Shown in pieces: positions 35,712 through 46,883 of a stretch of DNA of 50,772 nucleotides. This DNA comes from Tricharina praecox. Its lineage: Eukaryota. Position numbers and translations under genes: made by a program. The first letter of the stretch is position 1. Each line of letters opens with the position of its first letter. Below the pieces are notes generated by a model. That model had not been told where the DNA came from and did no database searches. It saw only the letters and a list, made by a program, of their open reading frames with translations. The DNA lies in contig NW_026250408.1 of assembly GCF_024521635.1 (NCBI RefSeq), forward strand, positions 1,488,001 to 1,538,772, written 5' to 3'.

Positions 35712-36959
35712 CGGAACTAGAGAGCGGGTGGTTGGTCAGCGACACAGAATAAGTCGGCAGTGAGCCCGCGAGGCCTTACCGTCGTTCTTAGAGAAGTGAA
35801 TTTGTTGATGGTTTGGTTGTTCGATGGCTGGGTTGCGTCAAAGAAGGAGGTGTGGGATGGGACCATGCGGCGTATCGGCTCCTTTATGGTTCACTCCCCG
35901 CCGTGCGAGATCGAAAGCTGAGCGACTCTGTAATCGAAGAATGTAAAGTACCAGTCATTGAATCCGCGGACAGCTTTCCGCCCCTCCCGTTTTAGCGGCC
36001 GTAGGCAGCTGGCTGTGGAACATGTCCTAACTCCTGACCACTACTAACCTCGTATTGTCGATGGCGGGCCTATTGAGATCAGCCAACTGTGCAAACATGC
36101 ATGTGTCGGCCACGTCTTCCTGCATACCCGACGTAAATGGTTCGACGTTTCTCATTTGCTCCAGTGCTTGCAGGGCGAGGATTTCCGAGATCCGGCTTCG
36201 AGCCTCATCTCTGCAAGTGGGGAGAGGACGGCGGTGCGATTGATGAATCGGATGGTATGTGTAGGAGGTATGATAGGAGAGGTCTGGAGTAGCGGTAGGG
36301 TAGCTGTGCAAGTCTTGTTTATTGGCTTAGACGACACCGGCAGTGTCGAGTCGAGGCGTGCAGTGGCCCGTCCGCCGCTCTTTTTGCTCGAGTTCCACAA
36401 GGAGTACTACACACAAGCCCAACTTGCCCCCCGCACTCGGCAGCCAAATCATCCATTCCCCCAATTCTTCTCTTACATGTGGAGTTCCAGAGAATCAGAT
36501 CTCAAGGAGGTGTGATGTACCAACTACCAATCCGTTTATCGGGCGTTCGTGGTTGGAATTATTTCACAACTTGACCAAGCCTGGTGTTTTGGTCGATCAG
36601 CCTTAGAAAGTACGATTAGTGGCGCCGAGAGCGACTATACCCAGCATCGCAAGGGGATGGGTGATGTCCGACGGAATGACAGCCTGAAGATCTGGGGTGA
36701 AGAAAGGTTAGCGAGAGACGCTCCTCTTTGATGGATGCCGTAAGTTGCACTCGACATCCCTAACCTCATTTCTGCTTCCGCCTTGGCCACCCCACAAACA
36801 CCATTCTTCGCCTCATCCGAGCCTCTCGCACGTGCCCACATTCTCGACTCTCGAGTTCTCTCCATAAGTAGGAAGAAGTGCTGAAATAGCATCGAGAGAG
36901 TGATGAATGTGTTTTTTTTGCTCGATTGTGGCCCCGCCGGAGCCTGGCTGCGAGCCTAC

Positions 36960-38195
36960 GATAACTATTCGGTACTACGTAGCTGTCGCGGCATCGCGAC
37001 GAGCTCGAAAGGGAAGGATACGAAGGTATTGGGGATGCAGCTATTGATGATAAAACTGCAAGAGAGAAAGAATACTCCCTCAGCCCTATGCCTCTTCCGC
37101 CTCCTCCTTGCCTTCCATATCCTCCTGCTCCTCTCCGTCTCCCTCGTAGTTCTCATCTCCCTTCTCTTCAATCTCCTCCTTGCCTTCCATCAACTCCTTT
37201 TCCTCTCCACCTCTCTCGTAGTTCTCGTAGCCTTCATCTTCTCGTCGGCGGCATCTTCAATCGTGAAACTGGCGGCGAGTTCGGCTGGGAAGGCTGAAAT
37301 GTCGAGGTACTCGGTAAGGGCCTCGAGGGTCTTGTTCTTGGAGGCGGGGGTGATAGTCTTGAAAGAAGGAGTGTTAGTAGTGGCAGCCATAATTTCCGTC
37401 TCTGAGTGATTTATGGTGGTGGTTTTGCGAGCGGTTCGTTGGCCAAAAATCCTCCCGGCCGGAGGATGGATCTAGAAAAAAGCACACACCGACGAAAAGA
37501 GAAAATGTGAGGGTTGATCGTCTAATTGGATGACAATGATGACAATGATGATGATGATGAAAAGAAAAAAGAAGAAGCAGAAGCAGACGCAGAAGCAGAC
37601 GGCGTAGTGAGCATACGGCACAACTGGCCGACCCCCCAACGCTGGACCCCCAAATGCTGGACCCCCCAAGGCTGGTGCTGCCTACCCACCCCATTCGCCT
37701 CCTCCCGCAGCCACGTCCTCGTCATGCTGCCTCCTTTCGCCGACAGCTCTCCCATCGCCCTGCAACACTGAGCACGAATGGCTTTTAGTTGCAACTTGTA
37801 GAGGGGAGCGGTGGGGGGTTATCGTCCGATCGATAGTGTGAGAGGAAGAAGGGAGAGAGAGACTCCAAAAGAAGCGGGGAGGACCAAGCTTCTGCAGAGA
37901 AACGAGAGAAATTACGAGGTGGTTGGAACTCAATCGCCGTTGAGAGTCGTTATCGAGGCTTGTCGCTGCCACCGAGGCATACGGTGTCACTCGCCCCTCG
38001 CCTAATGACGTGTGAAGCGCCGCCCGAGAACCACGGAGCCAGCTGGTAATTACGACAGCTTTGATTCCGTACACAACCTCCAGTACGGAGATATCAACAG
38101 TTTGATTTGTAGGGGAACGCATGTTGCGTATAGTACCGCCGCCTCGAGGCGCAGCCGGCAAGTCCATGATTAGTACCAGTAGAGCTGGCTACGAC
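36960..38195. repeat. Degenerate dispersed repeat, copy A, containing a frameshifted acidic ORF on the minus strand (~37390-37085)
   Basis: Blocks such as cgcgacgagctcgaaa...ttggggatgcag.tattg, ggaactcaatcgccgttgag...gaggcttgtcgct and agtccatgattag recur in the same order at 44365-45070. Confidence 0.8.
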
Positions 38196-38673
38196 TCGAG
38201 GCGGCCAGTCTCCTCTATATACAAGACTCCATACATATCGTGAAGGACCCCTATCGAAGCAGCAGCCAGGGGCGCTCGGTCACTGAGCGCGTACTGTGGT
38301 AACAAGATCATCCTTTGGTACATGATCTCCGGACAACTGCTCCGGACATCCACCATTGATAAAAAACCAACACTACGTGGTGTCAGAAAGAAACTTGTGG
38401 CCTTAGAGTTTCAAGTGGTGGCTACCATAGTAGCACTCGTATCCGCCAATCTACCGCAGCCAGTTTCTCCACATCTGAGAATTACGGAGGGGACATCTCG
38501 TGATGTCTAGAGAGAAGGACAATGGCGGCCGGGGGTGTTATATGTAGTTATGATACCCGAGCATAGTGTGCTGAGATGGAGAATACAGCTGGCCTCCTGT
38601 TTATTTGCAATATTCCCTTCTGCAATGGTACGCCGTTCGCCAATTTAGGTATCCCATGTTCACAAAATCTTGC

Positions 38674-39054
38674 TCACCATTGGAATACAAGCGTTGGATT
38701 GATCATATGCATGAGCATACCCTCCCTCCTCCCCAGAGCGCGGTCCCACTCAAGCCAGTGTGCACAAGACGGCATATCATAGCGGTAAACCAGCCACCTG
38801 CGATCCACCCCACCGCAGCCCCAGCTCACTTTTGCATGGTGGCTACTGACGTCGTGGTAGCATTCGTCGACCCTTGGCGGCGGACGTTGGGAGGATTCGT
38901 TGTTAAGACGTTGGGACCGGCTGTCGATCCTGGGGCTGCAGGGGGGACCTGCTTTGTTTTTCTGGTTGATTCTGTTTTGTTTTGATCGCTTTTGTTGTTC
39001 TCGGCGGTGGTGCGACGATGCGGTGTTGGTGAAAGTTGATATCACGCTCGACAT
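38674..39054 (-). CDS. Possible small hypothetical protein or gene relic
   Basis: 126-aa ORF with a good ATG context (ACCATGT); no recognisable domain. Confidence 0.2.
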   Translation of the reverse strand: MSSVISTFTNTASSHHRREQQKRSKQNRINQKNKAGPPCSPRIDSRSQRLNNESSQRPPPRVDECYHDVSSHHAKVSWGCGGVDRRWLVYRYDMPSCAHWLEWDRALGRREGMLMHMINPTLVFQW

Positions 39055-39369
39055 GGTCTAGTCCGGTCGGCGAAAATTGGCCGACTCGTTCTATTTAATC
39101 CGCGGGGGGCCGCACTTTTCTGGAAGTCTGTATCGTTCATCATCTCATTTCCTTTGCTTGTTACTTTTCTCAGTCTAGGACCGCTTGCTTTCATCAAGTG
39201 TGCCTTTCCCATCATTGGGTCTTACTACAACGCAATCAACTTCTCATTTCTTCCCCAACAAACATCAATCGATGATTCCTATACCACTACACCATGTATG
39301 ACTCATGTTTCCCCCAACAACGATCGCTCGAGTTCCTAAACAGTCTGATGGGACTCCGCTGTTGTGTAA

Positions 39370-41190
39370 GTACCACAATCAAATTGAGAAGTCCTCACCA
39401 TCAACTAACATTCCTCTAGTAGGCTCAATCGAGATTGAACCTCCTCAACCAAAGAACCACAGGCTACTGGGACTCAGCTGTCGTGAAGGTACGGTTTACC
39501 ACAATCGAATCGAGATGTCTTCACCATCAACTAACATACCTACTAGAAGGCTCAATCGAAACCGAACCACCTCAACTGAAGACCGTAAGATCTCTGTCCC
39601 ATATACCGGCCGAGGCTCAGGGTCGCCAAGCTGACGATATCCTCCGCAGATTAGCAAGAAAGCACCTTCTCATCCACCATCACCACCTGCTCATCCACCC
39701 TCCACCTTCACACCCACCATCCTGAATATCTGTTGTACCAATGGCCCGAAGAGGAAGCTATCGTTCAACCAGATCGTCGTTCGCGGCCGACACGCTTCGG
39801 CACGACAGATGCCCGGTCATTGAGGCTCTCGACAGCGCTCTTGAGCACTTCCCAGATATGCCCCTCTAACCAATCGACTGCACCGTTTGGCGTGATCCGG
39901 CGGGCGATAGGCCTGTTTCTGCCAGGATAGACGTTGGCTGGCGTAGCAATTCCAAGGTGTGCTTCCTAGAGATAGTTGCCAGGGCCGCGACGACGGTGCT
40001 GGGGGAGTACAGCCCGGGCTTATTCAAGGTCGGCGTCGCCATTAATGATTACAAGGGCGGGGAGGAGCCTGCCCAGACGGTGGAGCCGGAGGATCAGAAG
40101 GACCAGGTGCAAGAAGCTCTGGCGACACATACTTTGCGACATTCGGAAGCAGACGTGGGACCTTGGCCTCGGCCGGGGATACCACTTGTCGGTTCAGCTG
40201 AACCGAATCGACGAGGATTCGGCCCGACACGCTTCGGCACGACAGATGCTCTATTATGCACGTTCGCCCCATGCCAGGCCCGCCCCGCTTCCCGTCACCG
40301 CTACTCACCAGCCGGACTTCATCCCACCACCTACCTCTACCCCCGCTATTTCCCACCCCTCTTCCCGTCCCCGCTACTCACCAGCCGGATTCAATCCTGC
40401 CGCCTACATACCGATCCCGCTATTTCCTGCAAGCACCTGAGCGGGTACAGTCCGGCTCGAGCAGAGGCTACCCGCACCTAGCGAGAAGGAGGCCATTGGG
40501 AAGAGGCGCACCAACTTGATCAACATACTGTTGAAGTTGGTTGTTTATTCTTTCCATGGCCGGGAAAAGGACTTTCAGCCGAGCGGGATTATGATTCCCG
40601 TCAAGGCGCTGTCGGAGACGGTTGATCCCGCGGAGGACTTGCAGGAGATTGCAAGGGAGTTGTCTGCAAAGTGGGAGGACTTGTAGGAGAAGGCAAGGGA
40701 GTTGTGTGCAAAGTGGGAGGAGGGGGATTTTGCGCAGAGGCTGCTCACTACCAGCCCCGCGCCAACCCCGAACCCAGAGGATGAGGAGGAAGCAGTTGAT
40801 GAGGAAGCGGTGGTTGAGCAGTTCACTGAGCCCCCTGCCCACGGGGATGAGGAAGAAGCGGTTGATGAGGAGTTCATGGGGTACGCTACGCACGAGGATG
40901 AGAAGGAGGAGAACGATGTGGAGACGGTTGATCTCGGGGAGGGGTTTGCAGGAGATGGCAAGGGAGTTGTCTACAAAGTGGGAGGAGGGGGATTTGGCGC
41001 GGAGGCTGCTCAGTTCCAGCCCCGCGCCAACTCCGGAGCCAGAGGATGAGGAGAAAGCTGGGGAATGCACCGAGCCTCCAGCTCACGGGGATGGGGAAGA
41101 AGCGGTTGATGAGGAGTTGATGGAGTACGCTAGTCACGAGGATGAGAAGGAGGAGAACAACCCACCATCGTGGATGATCAGAGAGTGATG
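39370..41190 (+). repeat. Patchwork of short direct and tandem duplications with a disrupted Glu-rich ORF
   Basis: caccatcaactaacat..cta..aggctcaatcga occurs twice (~39397, ~39522); ccgacacgcttcggcacgacagatgc twice (~39786, ~40224); ccgctactcaccagccgga twice (~40297, ~40371). A ~300-bp unit encoding ETVD..E.LQE.ARELS.KWEEGD.A.RLL..SPAPTP.PEDEE...HEDEKEEN is duplicated at ~40615-41160 with a stop and a frameshift. Confidence 0.75.
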
Positions 41191-41886
41191 GAGGTTTACG
41201 AGAAGGTGGTGGCGGATGATAAGACATAAATGGAGGTTTACGGAGAGAAGTATTGAGTTATGCTAGTGTTTCTATTTGAACGATCCCGAAAGGGTCACAC
41301 TGAAGATCCGAAAAAAGTCCCTCTGTCAATTGTGATTAGTGAAAAGTCTGATACTACTTAATCCTATCCCGCAGTCCTACCCCCACAATTCAGACAAGTT
41401 GTACCGCTCATAGTGATCGTAGGGCTCATTACATCCTGTAGTAATCAGAACTAATGTGCTAAGCAAAGGTAGCGAGTCTAGCAACACATCGGCAGCTGTG
41501 ACACTTGTAATACTCCATGTTCTCGTAGATGGAGCAGCGGACGTAGGCGCTCTTGCTACTGTATCCTTTTGTTCCAAAGTTACTGTTGTATGGAAACTCA
41601 AGATTTTTCGGAACACTATAAAAACCTACTCATCATCACGATAAAGATGAACTTGGAGTGGTGCAATGTACTACGGCAACATGTGTTTAATCGGGTTGCC
41701 TCGGTTACCTTTTTTCTGTGGTGGCATTCGAAAATACAACCCAGATACACAGCTTGGCACAGGATATCACTCATAGAAGGTTGATGCGAGGTCTGATTTT
41801 ATTTGTGCTCTTCAGACGCCAATCAGGTTATTCGCCTTCTAAGGATACAGGATTGCCTCCATCTTTTGCCGTCGGCATTGACGCTA

Positions 41887-42708
41887 CTACAATTCGTTTG
41901 CACGAAACACATCATCCCGCCGGCCGCCCCCCTCTGCACACACCTTCTCGACGGCCTCCCAGGTGACATCGAAATTGAAGAACGTTCCGGGGAAAATTTC
42001 GGGCTGGTACGTGAAATGCCACCATTCCGTCTCGGTCGCTACGAACCCCACACTCTCCAACGTCCGCCTCAGCAAATCCCTATTGACCCTCTGCAACCCC
42101 ACGATCCGCTCGTCGTCCGGCCAGCTCAGCCTATCAAAGCAGTCGAATCCCGTCCCCATATCCACCGAGTTATCGGGAAACCTCTGCTCCTTCGGCGCAG
42201 TGCAGTGCAGCAGCTTCTCTCCGGGGATGAACTCGCGCGTCGGAACGACAGGTAGAGCGACAATGGTGATGTCCACCGTGCTGCCGCGGCTGTGTCCCGA
42301 CGTTGGCGTCATATACGTGTCTGCAAAGAGCTGGGCCTTGTCGACTCGCGGATAGAACTCGTCGCGCATCAGCGTGTCGGAGAGGTTCGCGGCCCATGAA
42401 ACGAATGCGTCCACTGCACGCTGGGGCCGGTAGCAGTCGTAGACTTTCAGAGAGTAGCCCTGCGGAACGAGCAGGCGTTGCGCGGCGGAGAGTGCATGTG
42501 CGGCCGGGAGCGTGAGGAGGCAGACCGGGTCTACGACGCCGGGAATCGGATGGCCGATGAAATTGTGCGGTGTGGTGTAGCGGATTTCGCGGAGGATCGT
42601 GCGGTCGATGCAGGAGAGTTCGACGAAAGCGGAGGGAAGCTTAGAAGAGAAGGCAGAAGTGATGAGGATAACGAGAACGGTGATGAGAAGCCGAGGAAGC
42701 ATCGTCAT
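41887..42708 (-). CDS. Secreted D-alanyl-D-alanine dipeptidase (VanX/DdpX, peptidase M15D family), intronless, ~273 aa
   Basis: Signal peptide MTMLPRLLITVLVILITSAFS, then IRYTTPHNFIG, YDCYRPQRAV, SGHSRGSTVD (Zn ligands His and Asp), DMGTGFDCFD and EWWHF (catalytic Glu, Zn-binding His). Confidence 0.93.
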   Translation of the reverse strand: MTMLPRLLITVLVILITSAFSSKLPSAFVELSCIDRTILREIRYTTPHNFIGHPIPGVVDPVCLLTLPAAHALSAAQRLLVPQGYSLKVYDCYRPQRAVDAFVSWAANLSDTLMRDEFYPRVDKAQLFADTYMTPTSGHSRGSTVDITIVALPVVPTREFIPGEKLLHCTAPKEQRFPDNSVDMGTGFDCFDRLSWPDDERIVGLQRVNRDLLRRTLESVGFVATETEWWHFTYQPEIFPGTFFNFDVTWEAVEKVCAEGGGRRDDVFRANEL

Positions 42709-44364
42709 GTTGGTTGTGAGTACGAGAGTTAAAGGCACCGGTAGGCTGGGTTGAATGGAGGGACGACTCGGAGGTGTTGGAAAAGCTCGGCAGAGCTCAA
42801 TTTCTCGGCATTCTATAGGTCTCCGTGGTAACACGACATCAGCTCATGGTTGTCTCGTTGCTGACGCAGCAACCGCGGATTAGGACGGGCTGGTCGTGTT
42901 GGCCGTGTTTCCTTGGAATCGTCTATCCGATCCAATGCTGGCGGCGTCACCCAGCACTCACTCATCGTCTGAAAGTTATGATGAAATCAAGTGCATTTTA
43001 CGGTCTTGCTAGTACAGTCCCTCCGGCAGTGAGATCATCATCTCAGCTGTAGCCTTGGTAGTATTTTCTTCTCACGACGTGGACGAGGAATCGATGGTGA
43101 CAGATACAGGTATCTTGATTCTTGATAGCTGTTGAAAGTAGTCTTGAAACGGAAGGATTGTGAAGAGTTGAAGGAGTTGCGACGATGTTGCTTCTAAACG
43201 ATTCGGTGGAATTCTAATCGGCCAGCCACATAATTCGACTCCAAAATTTCAGAAAGTTGCAGTCCGTGGCGGCAGCAAGTTCTTGGACGGTCTGACTACA
43301 CACGTCCATTCAATCCAATGGAGTGGACTATCTGGAGCTCTGGGTGTTTGAGAAACGCGATGGAAAAGTGTAGGTTTTTGAGGCTGGGAGTGGACAAGGC
43401 GATTGATGCTCGAGACTCGCGGTAAGCATTCGTGGCGATACATACTGCCGTTGCTTACGAAGCCATGGTATGTCTGTCATTGCATGGGACCTATCTAGAT
43501 CATGGCCTTATGTACCCGTGCACCCCCGCGTTTCTACGCCACTGTCCAGCCCCACTTTCATCGAGCAGCCCGATGTGGCTTTACCCACCCTCCGCCCTGG
43601 TATGTCCCATCGGTAGAAAGAGAGCGCACCAAAGAATTGACACAAGGAAAAGACTCCCACGTCCGCTGCAACAACTCGTCCCCTCCTTCGGCTTGCCGCC
43701 CTTTTTCACAACTCGTCCACTCCGTCGACTCGCCCCTACTCAGCCGCGAGTTCCTCATTCGCCTCGCCGCCTGTTGGCTCTTCAGAATGGGACGCTATGA
43801 ATGGGGTTGCAGTGGGAAGGAATGATGGAGGAAACCCTGGCTTCTCAACCTCAGCAACCCGAGTCCTCCTTGAGGCACCACAGCTCCTCCCTCTCTTCCT
43901 GCTATATGAGCTCTCACTCCGACACCTCGCTTGCTACATCTTTCTCAGCAACCTCCAGGATCCATCTACTCACATCAACGGAGGAGAGGAGATCTAGGAT
44001 GGCCTGGAGGCCGGCTAAACCGCTCGTCTGTGAAGAGGTATCGGATTTTGAAGCGGTCCTTGCCCCTCCTTTTCCACTTCCGGACCTGTGCCCATGGTAC
44101 CTTTTGCTGACTTTTCCATCCCCGACAAGACTTGAAAAGGTGCTACCGGGTCTGGGTCAGAGAGAAGGTCCCGAGCCTCGAGTATCGCTTCATGTACATA
44201 CTACATACATTGAGGAGTACTGGACATCTGGCTCAAAAGCATGCCTGTCGGGTGGATCTTAGGTAGTTGGCATCGGCTTATGCCGACGGAGATGTGATCA
44301 TGAAGGTCTCCCGGGCCACGGTGGCTTTGAATCGACTCGGGGATACCTTGGCTTTCAGTACTAT

Positions 44365-45070
44365 TGATAACTATGGAAGTATCTGGTCTGTACATAACTG
44401 TGGTGCGCCGCGACGAGCTCGAAAAGATGCAATTAGAAGTCATTGGGGATGCAGTTATTGGCGATAAATTGAATATTGAAAAAAAAAAATTAAAACATAC
44501 AGCTCCCTCTACCTCAATCCTCCTCCTCGTCCGTACCGGCGTACCCTAGTCCTAGTCCTCCTGGTCCTCTCCCCCTACCTCCTCGTCCATCTCCATCTCG
44601 TCCTCATCCTCGTCCTCCTCGTCCTCCTCCGCGTCCTCCTCCTCGGTTTCCATCACTTCCTTCTCAGCACCTCCCTTCTTGTCCATGTCAACCTTTATTT
44701 CCTCGGTAGCGATGGCGGCGGTAGTGATGGGGATAGTATCGCACATGTTTTTGGTCGTCGAGTGGATTCTGGTGGCTGCTTCGATTGTGTTTATTTGCGA
44801 CTTATTGAGTGTGGGTTATCGTGCGGTTGATGGTGTGGAAGGGCGAAGCAGGAAGAAGGGGGAGACAGAGAAAGGGGGGGAGAGAGAGAGAACTGGAACA
44901 CAGGAGGTGCGTGGAACTCAATCGCCGTTGAGTTGTTATTGAGGCTTGTCGCTACCGTCCAGGCATGCGATGTCACTCGCGAAACTGGTGATGCTGTGTG
45001 AAGCACCGCCCGAGTTGCCTCGAGCCTCAGCCGGCGAGTCCATGATTAGGTAGTAGAGCTAGTTACGATG
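44365..45070. repeat. Degenerate dispersed repeat, copy B, containing a 64-aa acidic ORF (44746-44552, minus strand)
   Basis: Collinear direct homology with 36960-38195, with internal deletions. Confidence 0.8.
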
Positions 45071-45395
45071 CAAGTTGATCTAGTCTGTGTATGTTCCGAT
45101 CTGCACCGTGGAATCCGCCTTCGCCGAAGGAGATGTGATGGTGAAGGACTCCCGGCCCCGTCGGCTTTCATCTGTCAACTTTACTCTACTAGGTATGTAG
45201 GACCCTGGCTACGAGCCTCTAATAACTACTGGATACATAACTGGAGTGCTTCACGCCGAGCTCAAAGGGGTCTCGATCCGGTGGTGGTAAGTTAAGGACT
45301 CAAAACCCCGACTGAGGGGCGATGTTACCACGGCTTCCATCCACACGAAAGTCACGCGTGACCATTCCGCCAATTACGTGATATAAACATTATCA

Positions 45396-46883
45396 TTACA
45401 GCGCCCTCCCCAGTGTATTCACGCTCGGCGCACTGAGCTCAGTATATCCATCGGGCGCCTCATCGGGGCACTCATCGGCGCCCTTCAGCCTCTCCTGACT
45501 CGACGCCGACGACCGCGCCCAATCCTGCAGTTCCACCGCCGTATGCACCGGCGGACGCTCCTCATCGACCATGCCGAGGTACTGCGTGACCGTGACATCA
45601 GTCTCCATATAATCCCTCTTCCTCCCCGGACCCGCGGGCTTCCCGCGGGTGCCTCGCGAACTCCCGCCGACCGTAACATCCGCCCGCCCCGACTGCCGAC
45701 CAGACGCACTGCGGTTCTTACTACTCCCCAGCACGCCCCCCGGGCCGAAGATCCGCACTAGGTGCCGCCGGAATAGCGGCAGACAGAACGCGAGCATCGC
45801 GGCGGAGATCTCGACGATGCCCCATACCTCGACGGTCTTGCGCCGGGTGTAGTTCTCGGCCGCCGTGCTGTCGTTGTGCAGGATCTTGTTCATCACGATG
45901 TGGCGCACGATGGTTGCCGCCAGCGCGACTCCGCCGAGGAGGAAGGCGAATATCAGCGCGATTCGGACGTTCCGTTCGAGCAGTAGCCGCGAGATGACGA
46001 GGATCGGTAGGAGGAGGACTGCGTATTGTATTAGAGCTGTTATCCAGTACGGAAGAGGGGAGGGAGGAAGTCGGATGGCTGTGGCTGGTTCGGGACATCA
46101 TAATTGTCACCGCCGGTGTGTGCCAGTCAATGATGGCACAGCCCAGGGAGGTTTCCGACTTCAATAGTAGCAGGGGCGGGGTAGTTTACTTAGAACATCA
46201 GTGCTGATGTTGAGGGCGCTTTGGAGGATTAGAGTGAACCGATTGCTGAGGTAGGCGCATTTGACGTAGACTTCATAATCGGAAGCCCTGATGTTGTGTA
46301 AGCAAGCTGAAATGGAGGAGAATGGCAGAAACAAAAGAAAAAAACTCACCAGTTGTTCTGAATGGGCGTACACCACGTCAAGTACATTATTATCACGGCG
46401 ATGCCACTGGCCGCAACAACGGCGATGCACATGTGGAGGAGAAATCGCAATCGTGTCTGTGTGCGATTGAAGAGTCCCCAGTAGAAGGAAAGGAAGGCGG
46501 CCTTCATGCTCCATAACTCGACGATATTTCCGAGACCAATGACGTAGGTGATCTGATGGTTGGTCAGCTCACGCATTCCTCTGCGGATCGATGGACGGCG
46601 GCGGACTCACTCGTGTCCAGTAGGGCTTGTACATGTACGCGGCGACCAAGGTGAGATTGCCGCCCAACAGGTCGAGTGCGCGGCGCTCCTCTCGCGCCTG
46701 CGTCATCATCAAGCACAGCAGCGAGAAGTTGATGGAGAAGGCCAGCAGGAAGGAGGTATCCGCGATCCAGTCGTGCGCATTGCGTGTGTGATGCCGCAGA
46801 AGCATGAAGCGCGTCACGCAGATGCCGACGTCGATGAGCTGCATGGAGATTAGGAAGGCGAGGTTCTGTTCCGGTGTCATCAT
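45396..46883 (-). CDS. PTH11-like (fungal rhodopsin-domain) integral membrane receptor without a CFEM domain, 4 exons
   Basis: Several transmembrane segments with the PTH11-like pattern: TRF...DW...D, KAAFLSFY, CTPIQNNW, LNISTDV.ILLLP, A.IVR, WGIVEISAAMLAFCLPLFR. Introns at about 46610-46553, 46349-46289 and 46188-46019. Confidence 0.88.

Noticed and set aside
41377..41800. AT-richer segment with Cys/Tyr-rich reading-frame fragments
   Set aside because: Interrupted by stops, and no family could be assigned.
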